Counted from the first letter of the stretch, positions 1-7,133 are shown. The stretch: 14,698 nucleotides of DNA from Candidatus Hydrothermarchaeales archaeon (GCA_036444275.1 JAZGAD010000020.1:1-14698); one strand, 5' to 3'. Program-made: numbers and translations. Notes: a model not told the origin generated them from the letters alone.

Positions 1-21
1 AGCCGGGCGTTTCCAAATAGA

Positions 22-29
22 TTTTATAG
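22..29 (+). promoter_or_regulatory. Putative TATA box of the GH57 gene (probably leaderless mRNA)
   Basis: TTTTATAG preceded by A-rich CCAAATAGA and 22 nt upstream of the ATG at 52; no Shine-Dalgarno seen. Confidence 0.55.
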
Positions 30-51
30 ACCAAAGAGAAAAGTCGATGCC

Positions 52-1596
52 ATGACAGACGTATGCCTAGGCTTTGAAGTGCATCAACCTATTCGCCTCA
101 GCCGGAACTTCAATCCAGATTTCGCTAGGGATAAGAGCTTGGATGAACTCTTCGAGGTATACTTCAATAACTCTTGGAATAAGATAATCCTTGAGCGGGT
201 GGCTGAGAAATGCTATCTACCAGCCAACAGGATTATCCTTGACTGTATAGACGAGTTGAAACCTGAATTTAAAGTCGCGTACAGCCTTTCAGGCGTTTTT
301 CTAGAGCAGTGCGAGCGATGGAGCAGTGCGGTGCTAGACTCCTTTGAGGCACTTGCATCGACGGGATGTGTCGAGTTCTTAAACCAGACGTACTATCACT
401 CCATCGCCAGCCTCTTCGATGAGGGGCGAAGCGAGTTCATAGAGCAGGTGCAGATGCATAAGCAACTGATGAAGGACCTCCTGGGCTGCGAGCCCCAAGT
501 GTTTGAAAACACAGAATTTATCTACAACAACTCTATAGCGAGGTGCATCGAGGGGCTGGGCTACAAGGGTATCTACTGCGAGGGAGCTGAGCGTATACTC
601 GGATGGCGTTCCCCTAACTACATGTATAAGGCGAAAGACAGCAACATAAAAGTCCTTTTGAAAAACTATCGCTTGAGTGATGACATAGCTTTCCGATTCT
701 CCATGCAAGGAGGAGAATACCCCCTGACCGCAGAAAAATACTCTGCCTGGATTGCTGCAACACCAGGGCAGTGCGTGAACCTCTTCATGGACTATGAGAC
801 CTTTGGGGAGCACCACTGGGTAGAGAGCGGTATCTTTGAATTCCTCAAGTGGCTGCCTGGAGAAATCTTGAAGTATGAGCACCTGCGCTTCTCCACACCT
901 TCTGAAGTAGTGGCGGAACACGAGCCTGTGGGGGACATTGATGTTGGAGACTACGATACCGTCTCTTGGGCTGATATAGAAAGGGATGTCGGCGCTTGGA
1001 TCGGCAACGACATGCAGCGCACCTGCTATGCAGCACTTAGGAAGCTGGAGCCTTATGTCAAGAGAGCAAAAGGAACAGAGAAGAATTCACTCTTGAAGCT
1101 ATGGCGCTATCTGCAGATAAGCGACCACCTATACTACATGTTCACTTCAGGGGGCGCGCCCGGAATAGTCCATGGATACTTCAGCCAGCAAACACCAGTA
1201 GAAGTCTTTCATGTCTATACCAGAATCCTATCGCACTTCCAAGAGCTGGTATCAGAGCACCTACCTAAAAAATTAATGACCTCTGCCTTTCTCTTACGCG
1301 TCCTGCCTCCGGAAAAGGCCCTGCACTACTACGAGAATGGAAGTTACACCGGCATCTCAGCCCATAGTTTAGAGGAATTCCGGGACACCATCCTCCTAGT
1401 TTCTCTTAAGTCCATTGAATTTCACGTTATGAGCAATGACCTAGAGAACTGGCTTGAGTACACCGTGGGTGATAAAGAGTTAGCTCAAGCGACTAGAATG
1501 CTAAAGGGATTGGGTCTAAGAGGGGACGAGCTCCAGAGACGCCTGCATGACGTAGTCAAGACAAGATGCGATGCTTTGAAGAGCGCGCTAACTTAG
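52..1596 (+). CDS. Glycoside hydrolase family 57 (alpha-amylase-like) with a C-terminal DUF5752-like domain
   Basis: 514 aa. GH57 conserved regions: EVHQP, QTYYHS, FENTE (nucleophile Glu), FMDYETFGEH (acid/base Asp), SDHLYYM. C-terminal 'AHSLEEF...SIEFH...NDLENWL...GDKELA' resembles DUF5752 (from recall). Confidence 0.92.
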   Translation: MTDVCLGFEVHQPIRLSRNFNPDFARDKSLDELFEVYFNNSWNKIILERVAEKCYLPANRIILDCIDELKPEFKVAYSLSGVFLEQCERWSSAVLDSFEALASTGCVEFLNQTYYHSIASLFDEGRSEFIEQVQMHKQLMKDLLGCEPQVFENTEFIYNNSIARCIEGLGYKGIYCEGAERILGWRSPNYMYKAKDSNIKVLLKNYRLSDDIAFRFSMQGGEYPLTAEKYSAWIAATPGQCVNLFMDYETFGEHHWVESGIFEFLKWLPGEILKYEHLRFSTPSEVVAEHEPVGDIDVGDYDTVSWADIERDVGAWIGNDMQRTCYAALRKLEPYVKRAKGTEKNSLLKLWRYLQISDHLYYMFTSGGAPGIVHGYFSQQTPVEVFHVYTRILSHFQELVSEHLPKKLMTSAFLLRVLPPEKALHYYENGSYTGISAHSLEEFRDTILLVSLKSIEFHVMSNDLENWLEYTVGDKELAQATRMLKGLGLRGDELQRRLHDVVKTRCDALKSALT

Positions 1597-1616
1597 AGCA
1601 ATTAAACGAATTACTT

Positions 1617-1919
1617 TTACTTTTCCCCTGCCTTTTTGTTTCTGTTCTTTTTTATGCTCCTTGCTATCTCCTTCATCCTCGCACTCTTGGACTTCTTCTT
1701 ATCCTTCTCTAGCAATAACCTGCCCTTCTTGGCCCACCACTCGCTGGGATGGGCACGTCCTGCTTCAGCGACAGGAGTTAAGCCCAGCTTCTCTGCAGCT
1801 GTCTCCATCTCCTTCAACGAAGGCTCCTCAACAGCTTCTTTCAATGGTATTTTACGCCCGGTCTTTCTCGTTCTATGGGAATCGAGATTAATAGGCCACA
1901 CTACTGTCTTTTCTTTCAT
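1617..1919 (-). CDS. srp19: Signal recognition particle 19 kDa protein
   Basis: VWPINLDSHRTRKTGRKIP...AVEEPSLKEM...AHPSEWW...GRLL is the archaeal SRP19 signature; ATGA overlap with the hemD stop. Confidence 0.93.
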   Translation of the reverse strand: MKEKTVVWPINLDSHRTRKTGRKIPLKEAVEEPSLKEMETAAEKLGLTPVAEAGRAHPSEWWAKKGRLLLEKDKKKSKSARMKEIARSIKKNRNKKAGEK

Positions 1920-2647
1920 CTCATCTCACCCTGAAGTGCATCTAAGCATGCTCCTACAGTGTACTCATTAGGGGTAATGTCTACCTCTACGCCAAAACCC
2001 TGCAAGGTCTCGGCTGTTTTTGGTCCAATAGCACAAACCTTGACCTTACTCAATTTCCTAGAAAACTCCCCCCCTAAGACCTCGAAGAGATTGCTCGCTG
2101 TCTGTGAACTGGTGAAGATGACCGCATCTATCTCTCCTGCGTCTAAGGCCATTGCAAACTCCTCTATACCAGATGCATCCTTGGGCATCTCAGTGTCATA
2201 TAAAGGCACCTCCACCACCTGGGCTACTTTTCTGAGCTCTTCCACTAGAACTTCCCGCCCTATGGCTGCCCTCGCAACCAGAATCTTCTTGCCTTTAGCT
2301 CTTTCTGCTAACTCTCTGGCTAGAGCCTCTGCTTCATATTCCTTAGGTATGAGCTCTACCTTGATCCCTGCCGTTTCCAATGCATCTTTGGTCTTAGGGC
2401 CTATCACGGCGATCCCTACCTGTCCTAGCTTGCTGCCGAAGTACTCCAGCATTATATCTGCGCCGAAGGCGCTAGTGAGCACCAGCCAATCATAGTCCTC
2501 AAGTTTCCCCACCCCCTTGAGAATCTCCTCTTTAACTCGTGGGATGATCTCAATAGCAGAAACAATAATGGCTTCCCAGCCCCTATTACGAACGAGTTTA
2601 ATTGTCTCCTCTGACCTCTCTTTTGGCCGGGTAATGGCGACCCTCAA
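1916..2647 (-). CDS. hemD: Uroporphyrinogen-III synthase
   Basis: MRVAITRP, YDWLVLTS, VIGPKT, LYDT, IFTSSQT and AIGPKT motifs of HemD; TTG start with AAGGTGG SD upstream. Confidence 0.93.
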   Translation of the reverse strand: MRVAITRPKERSEETIKLVRNRGWEAIIVSAIEIIPRVKEEILKGVGKLEDYDWLVLTSAFGADIMLEYFGSKLGQVGIAVIGPKTKDALETAGIKVELIPKEYEAEALARELAERAKGKKILVARAAIGREVLVEELRKVAQVVEVPLYDTEMPKDASGIEEFAMALDAGEIDAVIFTSSQTASNLFEVLGGEFSRKLSKVKVCAIGPKTAETLQGFGVEVDITPNEYTVGACLDALQGEMR

Positions 2648-2662
2648 CTTGCCACCTTCGTA

Positions 2663-2830
2663 TTAAACGATGCCCATCTTGAGGAGGACTTCGATGATGA
2701 TTACTCCGACAGCTGCGAAGAGAACGTGCTCTGGTTTGAATTTTAGCCCCGTTCCCTCTTCGTCCATGTATCTGATAAGTCCAGCTCCAGACATGGGCAG
2801 ACTTGCTTTTTGGCGTTTCCTCTTGACCAT
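2663..2830 (-). CDS. secG: Preprotein translocase subunit Sec61-beta (archaeal SecG), 55 aa; absent from the ORF track
   Basis: Hand translation MVKRKRQKASLPMSGAGLIRYMDEEGTGLKFKPEHVLFAAVGVIIIEVLLKMGIV*: SGAGLIRY.DEE...K..PEHV motif plus a C-terminal TM helix. Confidence 0.93.
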   Translation of the reverse strand: MVKRKRQKASLPMSGAGLIRYMDEEGTGLKFKPEHVLFAAVGVIIIEVLLKMGIV

Positions 2831-2852
2831 AATATGTTAATCTAGTTCTAGC

Positions 2853-2860
2853 TATTTAAA
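2853..2860 (-). promoter_or_regulatory. TATA box of the secG-hemD-srp19 operon
   Basis: TTTAAATA on the minus strand 22 nt upstream of the secG ATG, immediately after the stop codon of the upstream gene. Confidence 0.6.
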
Positions 2861-2861
2861 T

Positions 2862-3359
2862 TTAAAGGGAGTTGAAGTTGATAATGTCTTCTATCCGTCT
2901 CATGGTATCGATTATTTCCTCCAAGTCAGAGCTTTCTAGACCCTTCATGGCAAGGCTGTTTATCTCCTCGTCTAGATCCTTTTCTAGTAAGGCAGAGAGT
3001 AGAAGCATGGCCTCCTGCCTTTGGATATCCCCTAGCTCTTTTTCACCTAATTCCTCGCAGTTGTAGCGCTTGCAATAGTCGAAGGCAGTACTCTTTGGAA
3101 TACCTGTCAGATTGGAGATCTTATAATAACTCAAGTTACATCTCCTTATGGCAAGGATACGCCTTATGTCCAACTGGGATAATCTGTTTGGACGGCCTTT
3201 CTCCTTCTTTCGTATGATTTCTAGTCCCTCTTGTTTCAGGAACTCTATCGTAGCCTTAGGCGTCTGCTTTAAAGCCGTTGGAGTGACAGTTATCCTCTTT
3301 AGTCCCGAGTCTGCACAGGCTTTAGCATCGTTGAGGCTTATATAGTTTGAGAAGTGCAT
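2862..3359 (-). CDS. Putative DNA-binding protein: DUF1699-like N-terminal domain, GRP plus helix-turn-helix, acidic helical tail (165 aa from the revised start)
   Basis: KGRPNRLS...LSYYKISNLTGIPKSTAFDY is a Hin/resolvase-type HTH. Start moved from 3455 to the ATG at 3359 (MHFSNY) because a TTTATATA box lies 24 nt upstream of it. Confidence 0.7.
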   Translation of the reverse strand: MHFSNYISLNDAKACADSGLKRITVTPTALKQTPKATIEFLKQEGLEIIRKKEKGRPNRLSQLDIRRILAIRRCNLSYYKISNLTGIPKSTAFDYCKRYNCEELGEKELGDIQRQEAMLLLSALLEKDLDEEINSLAMKGLESSDLEEIIDTMRRIEDIINFNSL

Positions 3360-3383
3360 ATCCGAAAACTTCCAAATCGTGCA

Positions 3384-3391
3384 TATATAAA
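3384..3391 (-). promoter_or_regulatory. TATA box of the HTH gene
   Basis: TTTATATA on the minus strand 24 nt upstream of the ATG at 3359. Confidence 0.6.
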
Positions 3392-3500
3392 TCTTATCTG
3401 GAGAGGTTTTGTTGAATAAGAGGTTGATGATGAAAACCGATTTTAGAACAATCATCGAACGTCAAACACAAAAACATAAAAGTCAAGAGAAAGGTAGAGA

Positions 3501-4274
3501 ATGGCAATGAAAGGTTTGTTAACACCTATTTATAAGGGCTATGAGTGGCTCTTGGAATCAGAGGTAAAGAGCGGCAAAAAGCCAGAGCACATCGCCATAA
3601 TCATGGATGGGAATCGGAGGCTGGCGGAAAAGGTAGGCATCACCTCTTGGCAGGGGCACCGCATGGGGGCAGAGAAGGTGGAGGACGTTTTGCAGTGGTG
3701 CATCGATCTAGGAATAAGGAACATCACGGCCTACGCCTTTTCCACTGAGAACTTCGACCGCCCGAAGGAGGAGGTGGAGAAGCTATTCGACCTATTCGAG
3801 GAATACTTCTACAAGATCTCAGAGGACGAGCGTATCCACAGGAACAAGTGCAGAGTCAAGGCTATAGGCAGGGTCGAGCGCTTCCCGGAGAGGGTTAGAA
3901 AAGCCATAAGGAAAGCAGAGGAGCGTACCAAGGACTACGACGACTTCCACTTCAACGTGGCTGTTGCCTATGGGGGCAGGCAGGAGATACTCGACGCGGT
4001 GAAGGAGATTGCTGAGAAAGTAAAAAGCGGCGAACTTCAGGCAAGCGCCATAGACGAGGCGGTTATAGGGAAGCACCTATACACTAACGGCCTCCCTGAT
4101 CCAGACCTGATAGTTAGAACTTCAGGCGAAGAGCGCATCTCTGGGTTCCTGCTTTGGCAGAGCGCATACTCAGAGCTCTACTTCTGCGAGTCCTATTGGC
4201 CCGGCTTCAGGAAGATCGACTTATTAAGGGCTATACGCACATTCCAGCAGCGCAAAAGGCGCTTTGGTAGGTAG
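3501..4274 (+). CDS. uppS: cis-prenyltransferase (polyprenyl/undecaprenyl-diphosphate synthase, archaeal type)
   Basis: HIAIIMDGNRR, YAFSTENFDRP, AYGGRQEI, RTSGEERISGFLLWQ and C-terminal RRFGR. Alternative start at 3507. Confidence 0.96.
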   Translation: MAMKGLLTPIYKGYEWLLESEVKSGKKPEHIAIIMDGNRRLAEKVGITSWQGHRMGAEKVEDVLQWCIDLGIRNITAYAFSTENFDRPKEEVEKLFDLFEEYFYKISEDERIHRNKCRVKAIGRVERFPERVRKAIRKAEERTKDYDDFHFNVAVAYGGRQEILDAVKEIAEKVKSGELQASAIDEAVIGKHLYTNGLPDPDLIVRTSGEERISGFLLWQSAYSELYFCESYWPGFRKIDLLRAIRTFQQRKRRFGR

Positions 4275-4304
4275 CTTGCAGTCTGCTAGGCCTGCGTTTC
4301 AGCG

Positions 4305-4718
4305 TCACCGGGAAGCATCCGTTGGGGTTACAACGTTTATCCCTTCGACTTTTTCAAAATGCTTGTCGTTAGTGATTATGGAATCAATGAATTTCTCTCT
4401 CATCAGCGCCAGATAGATGCAATCAAAATAGTTTATTGAATATTCACGAAAATATTCGCCGGCGGCGATGAGATGCTCTTTTACGACGGGTTCGATCTCC
4501 ATGGGCAGTGCTAGCAGAAATTCTAGCACCTTACTTGATGCCTTCCTACCGGCGTATCTGTGCAAAACTTCGCCAACCTCCGAGATGTTCAACGTGGATG
4601 TCACCGCAGCCATCTCCCCTTTTTCAATGCTGGCAATTATCCGCTTGCAGTCTTCTCCAAACTCTGGGTGCGCCTGTGCAGCATAAATAAATATATTCGA
4701 ATCGATGAATGCCCTCAT
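4305..4718 (-). CDS. vapC: VapC-family PIN-domain toxin
   Basis: FIDSNIFIY, ISEV, YFDCIY, TNDKHF supply the acidic PIN residues; ATGA overlap with the upstream antitoxin. Confidence 0.88.
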   Translation of the reverse strand: MRAFIDSNIFIYAAQAHPEFGEDCKRIIASIEKGEMAAVTSTLNISEVGEVLHRYAGRKASSKVLEFLLALPMEIEPVVKEHLIAAGEYFREYSINYFDCIYLALMREKFIDSIITNDKHFEKVEGINVVTPTDASR

Positions 4719-4948
4719 TTCAACTCGCTTCTGATTTTGTGCGTTGCCGTTACTGCGTCTTCTCTGAATTTCGCCGCTCCATAGAGCTTTTCAGCGATGT
4801 TCTCAATTTTCTTCGGGAATTTTATTTCGATGCCATCTTCTTTGGGAAATAGAGAAATCGTTGTACCGGATTTCAGGTTAAATACTTCTCGCAGTTCTTT
4901 TGGAATCGTGATCTGAAATTTCTCCGTTACCTTTGATTTGTATACCAT
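4715..4948 (-). CDS. AbrB/MazE/SpoVT-family antitoxin (VapB), 77 aa
   Basis: SKVTEKFQITIPKELREVFNLKSG is an AbrB swapped-hairpin motif. Start revised to the ATG at 4948 (GGTGG SD upstream) instead of 5005. Confidence 0.87.
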   Translation of the reverse strand: MVYKSKVTEKFQITIPKELREVFNLKSGTTISLFPKEDGIEIKFPKKIENIAEKLYGAAKFREDAVTATHKIRSELK

Positions 4949-4975
4949 TCTTACCACCATACCATGATTTAAAAA
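4943..4975 (-). promoter_or_regulatory. Putative vapBC promoter/operator: TATA-like TTTTTAAA followed by three TGGTA direct repeats
   Basis: Minus strand reads TTTTTAAATCA-TGGTA-TGG-TGGTA-AGAA-TGGTA; the repeats are at 4960-4964, 4952-4956 and 4943-4947. Confidence 0.45.
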
Positions 4976-5005
4976 ATAACCACTGCAATTATTTCGACAC
5001 AACAT

Positions 5006-5878
5006 CTAGAACATGTAGCAGTGGCTACACTCGTTCCTCAAGGTCTCCTCGTATTTCTTTATTGTCTCCTTGGAGAGGGATGGGGGTATGCGCTTCATAG
5101 CTTCTTGCAGATGCCTTGCCTCCAGCTCCTCGAATCTATCTCCCTGTTCCTTTATGGCGATTACTAGGGCTTCCTTCACCAGGCCAACGATGTCAGCTCC
5201 AACGTAGTACTCAGTGCGTTTGGCTAGCTCCTCTAATGAGACATCCCCAGCCAGGTGCACTCTATTCAGGTGTATCCCCAGGATTTCGAGGCGATCCTCA
5301 TAGTCTGGAGGGGGCACGTAGATCTTTCTCTCTAGTCTGCCTTTCTTGTGGATCCTCTGGTCCAGCACGTCCGGACGGTAGGTTCCGCCAAGCGTCACCA
5401 CACCCTTGCCCGAAACCCTATCCAGCTCACGGTATAGTATATCGGTAATATCTTCAGGCGCTATCCTCATCGGGGCGTCTCTCGTTATGCCTTCCATCCA
5501 CAAAGAGTCTGCCTCCCTCTTTGGGGCCAGTGCATCAATCTCGTTGATGAAGACTATGCAGGGTGCCAGCTCAAGGGCGGTCGCGTACATGCTCGTTATC
5601 TCCTCGGGCTCGCTCATGATCTCTATCGCTTTGACGGAGATATAGCTACTTCCAGCTGCCTTTGCAGATGCCTCTGCGAGCACTGTTTTACCTCCCCCTG
5701 GGGGCCCCCAAAGGAGAACGCCTGCAGGAGGTAGTAAGCCTGCTTTCTCGAAGCTTTCTGGGTGCCTAATTGGAATAGAGACCATCTCCTCCAAGCGCTC
5801 CTTCACCTGTTTTAATCCACCGATGGTGCTCCAGTCCCACTTCGGCTCTTTGATCTTGAAATACGCCCCTTCTTCCAT
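5006..5878 (-). CDS. Single-domain CDC48/VAT-like AAA+ protein with degenerate catalytic motifs and a C-terminal CxxC
   Basis: WSTIGGLKQVKERLEEMV, Walker A GPPGGGKT, Walker B IVFINEID, SRH GGTYRPDVLD...GRLE, lid YVGADI, ends ECSHCYMF. Confidence 0.88.
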   Translation of the reverse strand: MEEGAYFKIKEPKWDWSTIGGLKQVKERLEEMVSIPIRHPESFEKAGLLPPAGVLLWGPPGGGKTVLAEASAKAAGSSYISVKAIEIMSEPEEITSMYATALELAPCIVFINEIDALAPKREADSLWMEGITRDAPMRIAPEDITDILYRELDRVSGKGVVTLGGTYRPDVLDQRIHKKGRLERKIYVPPPDYEDRLEILGIHLNRVHLAGDVSLEELAKRTEYYVGADIVGLVKEALVIAIKEQGDRFEELEARHLQEAMKRIPPSLSKETIKKYEETLRNECSHCYMF

Positions 5879-5900
5879 TAATTATAATTTGATCCGTAGG

Positions 5901-5908
5901 ACATAAAA
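5901..5908 (-). promoter_or_regulatory. Putative TATA box of the AAA gene
   Basis: TTTTATGT on the minus strand 22 nt upstream of the ATG at 5878. Confidence 0.4.
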
Positions 5909-5971
5909 GGATAACGCAGTTCGGTGCTGCTGACTTTCATAGAATGCTTTCTGCCGACATTTTCAGTTAAT

Positions 5972-6003
5972 TTTGTGCACATTTTATAATATTTGTATAC
6001 GTT
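5972..6003 (+). promoter_or_regulatory. TATA box flanked by two palindromic boxes, the putative operator of the UPF0175/DUF3368 module
   Basis: TTTGTGCACATT (5972-5983) and TTTGTATACGTT (5992-6003) are 20 bp apart and bracket TTTTATAA (5982-5989). Confidence 0.55.
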
Positions 6004-6019
6004 GTGAAAACTCTCTCTT

Positions 6020-6047
6020 GTATATGAGGTCAAGTATATGAGGTCAA
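6020..6047 (+). repeat. Perfect 14-bp tandem duplication GTATATGAGGTCAA x2 at the antitoxin start
   Basis: Copies at 6020-6033 and 6034-6047; each contains an ATG and a GAGGT SD-like motif. Confidence 0.9.
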
Positions 6048-6049
6048 AC

Positions 6050-6349
6050 ATGGTTCTTATTTCAACCCGTTTGCCACTAGAGATGGAGAAAGAAGTAAAC
6101 TGGTATGCAAAAAAGGAGAAGGTCGGCAAGACGGTGGCAATAAGAAAGATTTTGGATATAGGACTCAAGGATATAAAACTTGAACATGCTCTAGAGGAGT
6201 ATAAAATTGGAAAGGTAACGCTCTGGAAAGCTGCGGAAATAGCGGGGCTTTCGCTCTGGGAAATGCTCGAGATAATCAAGGAAAGAAAAATCTCTCTTCC
6301 ATATACGATTGAAGACGTGAAAGAAGACCTCGCCGCGGTTTTTGAGTAG
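6050..6349 (+). CDS. UPF0175-family antitoxin (RHH-like N-terminus, HTH C-terminus)
   Basis: VLISTRLP...AIRKILDIGL followed by YKIGKVTLWKAAEIAGLSLWEMLEII. GAGGT SD before the ATG at 6050; alternative in-frame ATG at 6038. Confidence 0.85.
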   Translation: MVLISTRLPLEMEKEVNWYAKKEKVGKTVAIRKILDIGLKDIKLEHALEEYKIGKVTLWKAAEIAGLSLWEMLEIIKERKISLPYTIEDVKEDLAAVFE

Positions 6350-6358
6350 GTGTCACGC

Positions 6359-6862
6359 ATGCGTGCCGCGGTAAGCAATTCGACTCCTTTGATTTATCTC
6401 GCAAGACTCGGAAAGATCGATTTATTGAAAAAAGTTTTTGACAAAATTTACATCCCCAATGAAGTTTTCGAAGAAGTAGTTGCTAAAGGAAAACGATTGA
6501 ACAAAAAAGAAGTTTTTCTTATTGAACGCCTGATAAAAGAGGGATTCATAGAAGTAAGGGAAGTTCAGAAACGCATAGAAAATGTTAGGTCCCTCCACGC
6601 GGGGGAGATGAAGGCAATTTCTCTGTGCAGTGAGTCGAATGCGAAGGCGATGTTAATAGACGATAAAGAGGGATATGAATTTGCAAAATTGTTGAATTTG
6701 CACCCATATAGGACAACCGCCCTTTTACTAAGATTCTACAAGGAAGGCCTGATCGACTACGATGAATTTTGCGATTTGACCTTGAAACTAAGCGAAGAAG
6801 GCTATTTCATGAGCGCTAGAGTCTACAAAGAGCTGCTAAAGACCGCGAAACTAAAGATATAA
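6359..6862 (+). CDS. DUF3368-family PIN-domain toxin
   Basis: VSNSTPLIYLARLGKIDLLKKVF...IPNEVFEE...LHAGEMKAI...LIDDKEG. AGGTG SD before the ATG at 6359; lies directly downstream of the UPF0175 gene, the usual pairing. Confidence 0.85.
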   Translation: MRAAVSNSTPLIYLARLGKIDLLKKVFDKIYIPNEVFEEVVAKGKRLNKKEVFLIERLIKEGFIEVREVQKRIENVRSLHAGEMKAISLCSESNAKAMLIDDKEGYEFAKLLNLHPYRTTALLLRFYKEGLIDYDEFCDLTLKLSEEGYFMSARVYKELLKTAKLKI

Positions 6863-7002
6863 CACTGAAAGAGCACTTGATTCTAGTGCAAGAAAGGGTT
6901 TCATAGAATAGATGGATGTTAATAAAAACGAAAAGATGGGGAACACATCCTCTCGATCTGTTTTATCGGCATTACGCCCGTATCTCCAATACTAAAAGGT
7001 GC

Positions 7003-7080
7003 TCAAAAAAAGGTGGCAAAAACGAGCAAACCCAATGCCAAGTAATATACAAAATCTAACAGCTTTATTGAATTTTTCAT
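7003..7080 (-). pseudogene. 25-aa hydrophobic ORF, either a small membrane protein or the 5' fragment of a decayed membrane-protein gene
   Basis: MKNSIKLLDFVYYLALGLLVFATFF*; TAAATATA lies 23 nt upstream (7104-7111) and the stop falls at a T7 run. Confidence 0.3.
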
Positions 7081-7133
7081 TATAAAATAAGTTCTATTTT
7101 TACTATATTTATCTTTGAAGTTTACAATTTTGC

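Noticed and set aside
379-2495. Antisense or alternative-frame ORFs over the GH57, srp19 and hemD genes (379-921, 845-1036, 1636-1971, 1661-1891, 1959-2495)
   Set aside because: Shadow ORFs fully overlapping recognisable genes, with no motifs and typical antisense composition.
3360-3455. N-terminal 32 codons of the 197-aa ORF call
   Set aside because: Spans a TATA box and AT-rich divergent promoter DNA; the ATG at 3359 is the better start.
4949-5005. N-terminal extension of the antitoxin ORF (MLCRNNCSG...)
   Set aside because: Covers the TATA-like box; the AbrB domain and SD support the start at 4948.
5878-6378. 166-aa minus-strand ORF abutting the AAA start (possible missing N-domain)
   Set aside because: Antisense to the UPF0175 gene and its promoter, Ser/Ile-rich, no similarity to a CDC48 N-domain.
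6873-6889. GCACT...AGTGC hairpin after the toxin gene as a terminator
   Set aside because: Only a 5-bp stem with no oligo-T tract; archaeal terminators rely mainly on U-runs.
7003-7005. TGA as selenocysteine read-through in the small ORF
   Set aside because: No redox-motif context, no recognisable SECIS, and the read-through peptide is not protein-like.
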